Positions 1 to 11,900 of a stretch of 64,000 nucleotides of DNA are shown in pieces. Below the pieces are notes generated by a model that saw only the letters and a list, made by a program, of their open reading frames with translations, had not been told where the DNA came from and ran no database searches. Both the position numbers and the translations under genes were made by a program. The stretch is from Octopus vulgaris (Eukaryota). Within the stretch, counting starts at the first letter, position 1. Every line of letters begins with the position of its first letter. The DNA is taken from the NCBI GenBank assembly GCA_951406725.2, contig OX597832.1, positions 35,588,001-35,652,000 on the forward strand. Reading direction: 5' to 3'.

Positions 1-67
1 GTGTGTGTATATATATTTGTATGTATGTATATATATGTATGTGTATATACATATGTATGTATGTATG

Positions 68-103
<36 letters not shown>

Positions 104-123
104 TGTATGTATATATCTATGTA

Positions 124-158
<35 letters not shown>

Positions 159-247
159 GTATGTATATGTATGTATGTATGTATATGTATGTATGTATGT
201 ATATGTATGTATGTATATGTATGTATGTATATGTATGTATATATATG

Positions 248-279
<32 letters not shown>

Positions 280-285
280 TGTATG

Positions 286-317
<32 letters not shown>

Positions 318-348
318 TGTATGTATGTATGTATGTATATATATATAT
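1..348. repeat. (TATG)n/(TA)n compound microsatellite
   Basis: Pure mosaic of TA and TATG units; the Y/V/C/M/I ORFs here are artefacts of it. Confidence 0.97.
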
Positions 349-935
349 ATGTGGTCACCGCATAGTGTCAAACTGACCACAGAGCTTGAGACAATCCAAA
401 GACATTTCACCAAGAGGATTTCCACCATGAAAGAAAAGAACTATTGGGAGAGGCTTAGGGAACTCAATTTGTAGTCCTTGGAACGAAGACGAGAGAGATA
501 TGCAATGATATACATATGGAAAATCCTGGAGGGACTAGCACCAAATTTTGGAATTGAGAGCTGTTCCAATCCCCGTACAGGACGTCACTGTGTGGTGCCA
601 AAGGTCCCGTCTTCCACATCCAGGGTAAGGAGCAGATACTGTAATAGCCTGGGGTTCAGGGGCCCTCAGCTGTTCAACAAACTGCCAAGAAAACTAAGAG
701 ATCTACATGATGCGGATGTGGACATTTTCAAAAAACATCTAGACAAGCTGCTTTCCGGGATCCCAGATGAACCCACTGCAAGGTACGAAGGTAACCTAAG
801 GGCAGCAGCTACAAACTCTCTCTTAGATCAGTGGCCAGCCAAGGCAAACTGGACTTAGAGAGGGTAGCAACAAGGGCGGTGCCCCAGCATGGCCTCAGCC
901 GGATGGCTGAAACAAGTAAAAGAGTAAAAGAGTAA
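349..935 (+). mobile_element. 5'-truncated CR1/L2-group LINE: ORF2 C-terminus plus 3' tail
   Basis: Translation WSPH..LETIQRHFTKRI..KNYWERLRELNL*SLERRRERYAMIYIWKILEGLAPN.. resembles the post-RT region of CR1/L2-type LINEs. In-frame TAG at 472-474, ORF stop at 856-858, then a stem-loop and a (TAAAAGAG)-type tail. Confidence 0.85.
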
Positions 936-1096
936 TATATGTATGTATATATGTATATATATATGTATATATGTATGTATATGTATGTATGTATATATAT
1001 ATGTATGTATGTATATATATATATGTATGTATGTATATATATATATGTATGTATGTATATATATATATGTATGTATGTATATATATGTATATATAT
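936..1096. repeat. (TATG)n/(TA)n microsatellite
   Basis: Direct reading. Confidence 0.95.
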
Positions 1097-1751
1097 GTAT
1101 GTAAATATGACAAATTCATCGTCAGGAACTTCTGGAAAGTTCAGTATATAGTGAAATCCTCCGGTATGCGGCGAGGCAGCCTGCTGCCCGCCCTTTAATT
1201 ATTTTCACTATATACTGAACTTTCCAGAAGTTCCTGATGATGAATTTGTCATATTTACATACCGGAATTTTACCGGTAAATAATTGTTGGTTATATGAAA
1301 AACCACTGAAAAATTATTTACCATTTTTATTGTATTACCATGTGAACTTCTTATTCCATTGCGATCGGCCAGGCGGCGCGCACGGCAGAATTTTTGGAGG
1401 GAAAATTTACGTTCTCAGTCATTACTTAGTTTTAACATATGCACACCTCCCCCCACTATCTGATGTCGCTTGGTCAGAAGTGAGGGCTTGTGGCATTTGG
1501 TAAATCTATCGAATACGGTGTTGATAAAGGAAATCAAGCTATTTTCGTGCTTGTGATCTAGAAACATGTTCATCATTAACGGTAAGAGATTGGTTTCGTT
1601 TATTTGCTACTCCGTTTTTTGCGTATGTGAATCGCAGGGTTCGTCGTATTTGGAAAATCCGCTTATAGAAAATGGAAAAAACAGTCTTTGACTGCCATTT
1701 CTAATTCCTCCGGTATGCGGCGAGGCAGCCTGCTGCCCACCCTTTAATTAT
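1097..1751 (+). mobile_element. Non-coding Penelope-like/retrozyme-like element with 46-bp terminal direct repeat and 60-bp 5' inversion
   Basis: Inverted arms 1097-1156/1203-1262 (1 mismatch); spacer 1157-1202 repeated at 1706-1751 (1 mismatch); CTGATGA at 1234-1240; flanked by TA microsatellite. Confidence 0.55.
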
Positions 1752-1906
1752 ATATATATATGTATATATATGTATGTATATGTATGTATATATATATGTA
1801 TGTATGTATATATATATGTATGTATGTATGTATGTATATATGTATGTATGTATGTATATATATATATATGTATGTATGTATATATATATGTATGTATATA
1901 TGTATG

Positions 1907-1953
<47 letters not shown>

Positions 1954-2632
1954 GTATATGTATGTATATATATATGTATGTATGTATATATATATGTATG
2001 TATGTATATATATATGTATGTATATATATATGTATGTATATATATATGTATGTATATATATATGTATGTATATATATATGTATGTATATATATATGTATG
2101 TATATATATATGTATGTATGTATATATATGTATGTATGTATGTATGTATATGTATGTATGTATATATATGTATGTATATGTATGTATGTATGTATATGTA
2201 TGTATATATTTATGTATATATATATATATGTATTTATGTATATATATATGTATGTATTTATGTATATATATATATGTATGTATTTATGTATATATATATG
2301 TATGTATTTATGTATATATATATGTATGTATTTATGTATATATATATATATGTATGTATTTATGTATATATATATATATGTATGTATGTATATATATATG
2401 TATGTATGTATATATATATGTATATATATATGTATGTATGTATATATATGTATGTATGTATGTATGTATATGTATGTATATATATGTATGCATGTATATA
2501 TATGTATGTATGTATGTATATATATGTATGTATGTATATATATGTATGTATGTATGTATATATATGTATGTATGTATGTATGTATATATATGTATGTATG
2601 TATGTATATATATATGTATGTATGTATATTTT
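1752..2632. repeat. (TATG)n/(TA)n microsatellite
   Basis: Direct reading. Confidence 0.97.
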
Positions 2633-2648
2633 TTTATTATATAGAAGG

Positions 2649-2699
2649 AGCTTCTACAGGACTAGTACTGTTTCATTCAAGAGAAATCTTCAGGAAGCT
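2649..2699 (-). ncRNA. Type I hammerhead ribozyme motif (copy 1)
   Basis: Reverse complement of 4617-4667. Confidence 0.7.
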
Positions 2700-3080
2700 A
2701 TTTAACAAGAATTGTATTAGCATTTATACATTTAGAGGAGTGGTGGTGGGGGACTTTTTGGGGGTAGGCATAGCGCAAAATATCATACTTGGGGGAGTGG
2801 TCAAGGTAATAAAAAAATAAAATAAAAAAATAAAATAAATAAAAAAATAAAAAATAAAAAAATAAAAAGATAAAATAAAAGAATAAAAATAAAAAATATA
2901 AAAAATATAAAAAATATATATAAAAAAATATATAAAAAAATATATATATAAAATATATATATAAAATATATATATAAAAAAAGGGGGGATAGAGTTATAG
3001 GTAAATAAGGAGATTCTCACTTATACCTATACACACATGTATACGTATCTACACACACATACGCACATACACATATATCT

Positions 3081-3141
<61 letters not shown>

Positions 3142-3523
3142 CCTACACATACACACATACATACATACAAATATACATATACATATATATATATATATAC
3201 AATCCAATACAGGCCCATTCCCTAATTTTAATTTTATTATCTTCATTTATTACTTTTGTTACCTTTGATCGCTAGGGCTAAGAATCCTGGCAATAGCTGC
3301 TTGTCCATTTGTCTGTCTACTAGAAGGCAAGTACTCATTCCCGCACGCACACTCATTAGCACGTACATTCACCCATTCGTACACTCATACACATACACGT
3401 ACGCACGCGTTATATTCATACATACAAACATCTACATACGTTCACGTATATACACATACGTACTCGTACCTACAGATTCGTGTCTACACTTTAGGAGGCT
3501 AGTCTATACATATACACCAATAA

Positions 3524-3555
<32 letters not shown>

Positions 3556-3608
3556 CCGCATATACATACACACACACACATATATATACTCCTACATACA
3601 GATACATA

Positions 3609-3650
<42 letters not shown>

Positions 3651-3854
3651 TACATATATATATACACACATACACATACATACACATACACACATACACA
3701 TACACACACATACATACACATATATATACATACACAAACATATATACACACACATATATATACATACACACATACGCACATACATACGTATACATACATA
3801 CATCTATACATCCATACATACATGCATTTATACGCATACACACACCCATCTATA

Positions 3855-3893
<39 letters not shown>

Positions 3894-4175
3894 TCACACA
3901 TACATATACAAATCTACGCACACACATACATACATACACGTATACGCATACACGCACATACACATATACATGCGTACCCATACACGTGCACACACGCACG
4001 CGCATCCATATAAATACACACACACACATATATATATACACGTGTGCAAGCATACATACATACTCATACGCGCACACATACTTACAAATACATATATGCA
4101 CACACTTACACACATATATATACATACACATATACATGCATACATACATATATGCATACATACACACACGCACTC

Positions 4176-4206
<31 letters not shown>

Positions 4207-4616
4207 TATATATACACATATATATACATACATAGACATATATACACATACATACACATACACATACGTACACACACATATACACATATATATATATACA
4301 TATATATATATATACACATATACGCATACATATATACACATATACATACATATACATACACACACACATACATATATACATATACACTGATACACATACC
4401 CATACATACACATGCATATACTTATATTACTACATACTCACATATATAGACATATATACATATACACACATACACATATACATGTACATACACATACGCA
4501 TGCATATATATATGACCACTCCCCCAAGTATGATATTTTGCGCTATGCCTACCCCCAAAAAGTCCCCCACCACCACTCCTCTAAATGTATAAATGCTAAT
4601 ACAATTCTTGTTAAAT

Positions 4617-4667
4617 AGCTTCCTGAAGATTTCTCTTGAATGAAACAGTACTAGTCCTGTAGAAGCT
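4617..4667 (+). ncRNA. Type I hammerhead ribozyme motif (copy 2)
   Basis: AGCTTC-CTGAAGA-T-TTC-TCTT-GAA-T-GAA-ACAG-TACTAGTC-CTGT-A-GAAGCT: 6-bp stem I, CUGANGA and GAAA cores, 4-bp stem III, GUA cleavage triplet; U-U at the base of stem II. Confidence 0.7.
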
Positions 4668-4753
4668 CCTTCTATATAATAAATTAATTTTACTCTGCTA
4701 TGTATTGAGTACCTTACTTACTGTGGTTAACCCCGAATCAACCCGGGAACTAC

Positions 4754-4850
4754 ATATGTATGTATGTATATATATATATGTATGTATGTATGTATATATA
4801 TATGTATGTATGTATATATATATGTATGTATGTATATATATGTATGTATG

Positions 4851-4885
<35 letters not shown>

Positions 4886-5584
4886 GTATGTATGTATATA
4901 TATATGTATGTATGTATATATATATGTATGTATATATATATATATATGTGTGTATATATATATGTATGTATATATATATGTATGTATGTATGTATATATG
5001 TATGTATATATGTATGTATGTATATATGTATGTATGTATATATGTATGTATGTATATATATATGTATGTATATATATATGTATATATATGTATGTATGTA
5101 TATATATGTATGTGTGTATATATATATGTATGTATGTATGTATATATGTATGTATGTATGTATATATATATGTATGTATGTATATATATATGTATGTATG
5201 TATATATATATGTATGTATGTATATATATGTATGTATGTATGTATATATATATGTATATATATGTATGTATATATATATGTATGTATATATATATGTATG
5301 TATATATATATGTATGTATATATATATGTATGTATGTATATATATGTATGTATGTATATGTATGTATATATGTATATGTATGTATATATGTATATGTATG
5401 TATATATGTATATGTATGTATGTATGTATATATATGTATGTATATATGTATGTATGTATATATATATGTATGTATATATGTATGTATGTATATATATATA
5501 TATGTATATATGTATGTATATATATATGTATGTATGTATATATATATATATGTATGTATATATGTATGTATATATATATGTATG

Positions 5585-5629
<45 letters not shown>

Positions 5630-5756
5630 TTGTATATATGTGTGTATGTATGTATATATATATGTGTATATATATGTGTGTGTGTATATATATATATATG
5701 TGTGTATATATATATTTGTGTGTGCATGTATATATATATATATATATATGTGTGTC

Positions 5757-5788
<32 letters not shown>

Positions 5789-5825
5789 TACATATGAATA
5801 TAACTTATATCATGTATAAAAATAA

Positions 5826-5860
<35 letters not shown>
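4754..5860. repeat. (TATG)n/(TA)n/(CA)n/(TG)n microsatellite block
   Basis: Direct reading. Confidence 0.97.
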
Positions 5861-5862
<2 letters not shown>

Positions 5863-6112
5863 AAAAAGAGAGATCTGTTGAACACAAAACATTAGATTCT
5901 CACATTATTTAGAAGAAACACCATTTGATTATTGATACATAATTCACATAAAAAATACTTAAGGCAATTTTTCTAAAAGATTTTCCAGGCAATCTTGATT
6001 GTTTACATAACAGTTCTAGCTTAAAATATCTGGAAATATATATATATATATAATTGTGCATGTGTGTGTGTGTGTGTGTGTGTGTGCACATACACACATA
6101 GCTATAAAGTTT

Positions 6113-6198
6113 TTAGACACTTGTTTCGTAATTGAGGAGCCCTGTGGAGTCTGAACTGATGCTGCTATAACTTGTGTCCGGACACAGTGATGGGATGC
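6113..6198 (-). CDS. popdc: Popeye domain-containing protein (BVES/POPDC), last coding exon
   Basis: Acceptor ttttctttctgtttcag; the phase-1 join gives (G)IPSLCPDTSYSSISSDSTGLLNYETSV-TAA. Supported by splice signal and phase, not by homology. Confidence 0.75.
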
Positions 6199-6334
6199 CT
6201 GAAACAGAAAGAAAATGACTGAAGGTTAGATGGAATCAATTACATAGTACCTCACTAATTACCAATTGAAAACTCAATAATTAACAATAAGTACCTCACA
6301 AATTATCACTAGACAAAATCAGTAATTAAGCACT

Positions 6335-6618
6335 GCACATGGCTTAGCGGTTGGGATATTTGGCTGACGAGTGTAAGGTCATGAGTTCAATTCCCAGCAA
6401 GGTGTTGTGTCCTTGAGCAAGACAGTTTATTTTCATGTTGCTGCAGTCCACTCAGTTGACTTATATTTCAAAGGGCCAGCCTTGTCACATTCTGTGTCAT
6501 GTTGAATCTCTCTGAGAACTACATTAGGGGTACACATGTCCATGGAGTGCTCAACCACTTGCATGTTCTGTTGATCCTATCAGCTGGGACCCTTGTCATC
6601 ATAACCAACAGAGTGTCC
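6335..6618 (+). mobile_element. tRNA-derived SINE (family C)
   Basis: A-box-like TGGCTTAGCGG and B-box-like GAGTTCAATTCC; body shared with 21495-21778, 3' part shared with 55100-55395. Confidence 0.75.
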
Positions 6619-7535
6619 CTATTATATATCACCATCTTTCCATACCAGCATGCATTGAACAGGTCACTGTAGCCAGCTCTTAGATACTGCTCTCTTAAGA
6701 CAGGCGGAGGAAGAAGAATTGCATCTCACTTGTTTGTCTCAGTTTTGGTATTGTTTCTATGGCTGGATTCCCTTTCTAATTCTGACCGTTATACAGCAAT
6801 GTACTGGATGCATTGTATTGAATCAACAATATTGGAGATGTTCTCTACACAAAGTTAGGAGTGCATTTCATCTTGGGCACCAGCATCAGTTTAGTCTTGT
6901 CTTTGACTAAAGACTAAAGGGTCATCTTGACTTAACACTCTATTAGGTGCATTGGGTACCATGGCACCTGCACTACAGAGATAACCTTGACCTATACATG
7001 ACGAAGGGGTCCTCTGAACCCACATTTCTGCTCACTTGCCAACTACAGTACACAATGTCCTGACTGAATTTATATTGTCACCAACAACAGCGAGAGTGGC
7101 AGAGTCTCTCTTCCACTCTATAAAAAGTGTTCGTTTATTAAGGGCAACAACATGAGTGAGGAAGTCATGAGTAGAAGTGAGAGAGTTGACAAGAGAAGAA
7201 CCAGAATGGGTGAATGAATTCAATGGGAGTGTGATGGTAGAAAATGAGGGAATAGAATTGAGTGGTTGAGAAGAGAGATGAGAGAGTGAAAAGGGGATAA
7301 ATGATGGGAGTGAATGATAGGTGTGTCAATGCCAGGTGGTCAAAGAGGAGGAGAGAGAGCTCAGAAGAGGTAATAATAGATATGTCCTGGAGCAGACGTA
7401 AGATCTATGGTGATTAGGATAAAATGAAGAGATGAAAGGGTCAGCTAACATGAAAGCTTGATGCGGTGAGGAGAAATCCACTGCCTTTTTTGGTTACACC
7501 AATAACTAAGTACAATAAGAGTGAAAAGATAAGAA

Positions 7536-7756
7536 AAGGTGGGGAACTGGCAGAGTCATTAGCATGCTGGGCAAAATGCTTGGCAGTGTTTTGTCCATCT
7601 TCAGGTTTTGAGTTCAAATTCTGCTGAGGTCAGCTTTGCCTTTCATCCTTTCGGGGTCAAATAATTAAGTACCAGTGAAATACTGGGGTCGATGTAATCA
7701 ACTAGTCTCCTCCCCAAAATTTCAAGGCCTTCTGTCGTCAGTAGAAAGGATTATTA
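7536..7756 (+). mobile_element. tRNA-derived SINE (family B, central GCCTTTCATCCTTTCGGGGTC..AAGTACCAG domain)
   Basis: Near-identical organisation to 30289-30503; partial reverse copies at about 8130-8520 and 25208-25422. Confidence 0.75.
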
Positions 7757-8580
7757 TCATGATGATAATAACAATAATGGTTTCAAATTTTGGCACAAGG
7801 CCAGTAGTTTGTTCAAGGCAAGAAGAACAGGGACACGAGTGATGTAAGATATGGATGATGAGATGAGTGATAGATGTGGATATGGATGATGAGTGACAGT
7901 ACTCAGCATTCTTAGGTACATATATTAAAGGCAACCTGCTCATGAAGAATCAGGATAGAGAGGGAAAAGGAGCAAGAATATGGTGGCAGACAGAGTAATT
8001 AGGCTGATGACTGGCAAATATGGTCTCTTATACACAGATCTTAAGATAGGCATGAGAAGTTGAGTGATGAGGATTATGGTAGGGGCATAAAAGGGGAATC
8101 CTGCCTCTTTCTCTTTAGTTGATTGTACTGATCCCAGAATCCAGCTGCTACTTATTTTACTGACCCTGACAAAATTTGAACTCAGAACATAAAGACAGAT
8201 GAAATGCTGCCTGGCATGCTAACGATTCTGTGCCAGCCCCCAACTGCAAATACAGCCCCTGAGTGATTGGCTGAGGTCTACCACCCATATGGAAAAGAGA
8301 AATTTGAACTCTGAATGCAAAGAGCTAGAATAAATACTGAAAGATGTCTAGTTCCAGTTCCATCGATCCACTGAGGTGGATTAATACTTTTTTTATTCAC
8401 CCCAAAATGACGGAAGGCAAAAAATTGACCTTGGCAGCATTTGAACACAGACTGCAGAGAATTTGAACAAATGCTGTAAAAACTTCTGTTCCATGTGGAA
8501 ACCACTCTAACAATTTGTCCCAAACCTGATATCATGTTTCCAATCCAATTGAAATGTTAGTCTTTAGAAATATTACTCAC

Positions 8581-8875
8581 CTTTCAACTCCAACGAATTA
8601 TTGATTGTGATTTTGGTGAGGCTGTTGCAAGACGTTTTAGTGGCAAGGCTGCTTCGGATGTCCACCATGGAAGAATGACGGCTAGAGGGAGGGCAGTGCA
8701 TGTAATCAGGGTTGTTCTGGAGTAACTCTTGAATCTGATACAGTTTGTGGGTGATGTCTTTGCCCAGTAAGTTATGTAAGACAGTGCCAAGGAATGGATG
8801 GTCATGAAGAAAACGTTGAATAGCTGAACAATTCCAGGAAAGTAAACTACAGTCTTCTGTTGCTACTAATGTTAC
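8581..8875 (-). CDS. popdc: Popeye domain-containing protein, coding exon 3
   Basis: Polypyrimidine-ccag acceptor, GTGAGT donor; encodes VTLVATEDCSLLSW..FLHDHPFL..LLGKDITHKLYQI.., matching the POPDC (FQ)VT and GKDITxKLY motifs; 295 nt, phase 0 to 1. Confidence 0.93.
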
Positions 8876-9627
8876 CTGGATAAAGAGAGAGAGAGAGTGA
8901 AAGACAGGGAGATAAAAGAATGGGGAAGAGAGGGCGAGAGTAAGAGAACAGAAGGAGAATGGGTCATGTCCAAAGTGATGGAAGAGATATGAGTGATGGA
9001 TTAAGAGAGGAGACAGGTTACAATGTGACGGTGGTTAATGGAGGTAGTGGGGCGAGAGAGGAGATGGAAAGATAAAACTCAAAAGGTTTGTTAGTGGGTT
9101 TACAGGGAAGAACGATAATTAACTGGAACAAAACTGAAACAACTAAGATGATGACAAAGAAGAGGACGATGATGACCACCACTACTGCTAGAGCAATGAT
9201 GACAAACACAAAATTCCAAGCGTCTCACAAACACACGTATATGCTCAAACACAGAATGCATTCACACAGTGTGTGTGTGTGTAAATGTATTGTGTATTTA
9301 TGTGTGTATGTGAGAATGCATTTGTATTTGTGTGTGCATGTCAGTGAGTGAGTGTGTATGTACACACTCATATACATGTACACACATATGTACATACATT
9401 TACACACAAATGTTTCCTTTCCACTACAATAGTATCCACCTCACAACAATACAATTTTTTCTACAATACTATCCATCTCACAACAGTACAGTCTATACTA
9501 CAATATTATCCATCTCACATCAGTATAGTCTCTTCTACAACACTAGCGCCTCAACTAAAATAATATTCCTCTCAATATCACCCCTGCTGCTCACAGTTAT
9601 CCACAACTATATAACAAGAATACTTAC

Positions 9628-9742
9628 CTGGAATTTCTCACAGTTTTGCCAGTGAGGATGGCAGTATTCATATTCTGCCGAGTCAAGAATTTGGTTAGAA
9701 CTGATATAATGTAAGAACAGACTGTCGTATGTGACTTTTAAT
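9628..9742 (-). CDS. popdc: Popeye domain-containing protein, coding exon 2
   Basis: Acceptor tttttctctttttctaccag, GTAAGT donor; encodes (R)LKVTYDSLFLHYISSNQILDSAEYEYCHPHWQNCEKFQ; 115 nt, phase 2 to 0. Confidence 0.93.
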
Positions 9743-10589
9743 CTGGTAGAAAAAGAGAAAAATACATGTGAAAAACAGAGTTTTCTAGAAGGCAAGGCTG
9801 GTTATTATTGGTCTGTTTTGACAAATATTACTCAGTAAAGATGTTGATTTTGAATAAGTTCATATTGTGACAAGTAGGATCTGATATCAGAGGGAGAGAA
9901 AAATTATTGTTCAGTTCCTGAAAGAAATTATTTCCTCCTCAATTGAGAGGGGTCAATCTCAAAGTGTCAGATTTCTCTTGTCCCCCTTTGTCATCACTCA
10001 TCCAAAAAGATACTTATTTGAAAACGTTTGAACATTTGCACTTTAGTTACTCTTGAAAATATATGAGCATCAAGTTGCTGGTGTTTTGATTTGGAAACCC
10101 TGGTTGCTGGGTTCAATCTTAACCAGCAGAAAGCTTTATATTTCTAAGAATTTGACAATGACAATCAGGAATGAGAAATTTCTTTTAGAGATCAGGTATG
10201 CATGATGATATCATGTGCCCTAACCCAGGCTTAAGTGTTTGGATACTCCCCCTCCCAACATAAAACCCTTACACACATTCAAACCCTACCAATTCCAACT
10301 CTACACATTTTCAGAAAGCATGTCTAGATTTACATTTCAGAAACCTTTAGTCCAAGGAACAAAATTCTTGATTTAGCTGTCTGCTGCCAGGGACCACTAA
10401 AGGGTGGGTTAGGGATGCCCTGGCTTATGATGTGCAAATATGCGTTGAGGCTGAGACATCTCTGGCACTACCTGGAGGATGACAAGGTGTGGAGTCTGCT
10501 GGCAGAGGAGTCCTTTCAGCGACCAGCCTCAATGGAGAGATTTCGACTCGGTTTCATAAAAAGACGCAATCTGACAGACTGGCAAAAGG

Positions 10590-10718
10590 AGTTTCTGTCC
10601 ACGAAATCCACTCACAAGGCTTTGGTCTTCCTGAGGCTATTGTAGAAGACAGTGAGATTGAACCTGGAACCAAGTGGCTGGGAAGCAAGCTTCTTACCAC
10701 ACAGCCACTCTGCACCTG
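10590..10718 (-). mobile_element. Partial SINE family A head
   Basis: aaatccactcacaaggctttggtc...gcaagcttcttaccacacagccactc matches 60790-60927. Confidence 0.7.
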
Positions 10719-11199
10719 TATATGTATGTACGTATGTATGTATGTGTGTATACATACACAATAGCTGAAACACCTGGTACTCCCTGAGTCAAGGACTCAA
10801 AAATTAATAATAATATTGCAAAGCAATTTGTTTAACTTATTGCAAATATTTCAGAAAATACTCAGGGAAATTTCAGATTAAGTACATTATGTAGGTCGTT
10901 TATGTAAAGTACTTTTTGTGAATATTTTTTCAGATGTCCATGTTTTAAACATATGAAATTTCGATTTTGCAAAATATTGTACACAAGTTCAAATCTTTCC
11001 AATTCTCCCTCCAATTTATGTTGAGGCATTAGCATAACTCTGACCTTCCCACATTCCAGTATTATTTGATTAACTATCAAACTATGTCACCAAATATTTT
11101 GAGCATCTTTGCAGCCATCCTTGACAGTCCAGCTGATTTCCATCTCTTCACGTCCTTAGTCATTTTATCTATCACACAGCATATTTTTCTAAAAACAAA

Positions 11200-11900
11200 T
11201 ACTAGAGTGCATGTTAAAGAAATACCAGTGTAATATGGAGAAGTTCCACAGTTTACATGACGGAAATAAGATGGTACTTTAGAGAATTACTATGGTGTAC
11301 TTCAGATAAATACTGCATTGTATTTTTGAGAAATACTATTGAGTATTTCAGAAAAAAATCACAATGAATTTTAAAGAAATTTGATAGTGTACTTTAGACA
11401 AACACTCCAAACTACTTTACAGAAATAAGTATTGTTTAGAGAATAAAAACAGAATATTTTAAAGAAACTCCACAGTATACTTTCAAAAGATACACAGTAC
11501 TTTTTGAGAACATTCCACAGTGTAATTTTAAAAAAAAGCCATGCACTTGAGAGAAATAGCAGAGTGTAGTTTGGAGAAATATAGTTAACCTTAGAGAAAT
11601 AAGGCAGTTGTTCATTAGTGGAATACCAGTGCTGTTTTGAGGAAAAAAATGTATTTTAGCCAAATACAGCATTTTATATTTCAGAAATACCAAAAGTGTA
11701 CATTAGTGGAATACTAAGGTGTACATGGAGAAAGAATACTAAAAGAAATACAAGTATTTATTTTAGAGAAGATTACTTCTGTGGTTTTTTGTGAAGGAAA
11801 TTGCAGAATTGTCCTTCTTGGACTCAAGAGACAACTGGCAATAACAATGTACTTTAAAAAAGTACCTGTGTGTACTTGGAAGTGTGTGGAAGTATTAAAA
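11200..11900. repeat. Highly diverged ~22-24-bp minisatellite (approx. GAGAAATACYACAGTGTACTTT)
   Basis: Recurring gagaaat..cagtgtacttt-like units. Confidence 0.6.

Larger units (their letters stand above)
2633..4683. repeat. Perfect 171-bp inverted repeat (2633-2803 / 4513-4683) enclosing A-rich and (CA/TA)n low-complexity DNA; Penelope pseudo-LTR-like
   Basis: The arms read as exact reverse complements by eye; each carries a hammerhead motif. Confidence 0.9.

Noticed and set aside
1-5895. Many long ORFs (up to 397 aa) rich in Y/V/C/M/I or H/T/Y/I
   Set aside because: Translations of TA/TATG/CA microsatellites, which lack stop codons in all frames.
8584-8805. 73-aa ORF MTIHSLALSY..
   Set aside because: Wrong frame over POPDC exon 3; the real frame is VTLVATEDC..
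10380-10590. ORF with preceding CCQGPLKGGLGMPW, resembling L1/Tx1-like LINE sequence
   Set aside because: Too short and decayed to call; not a host gene.
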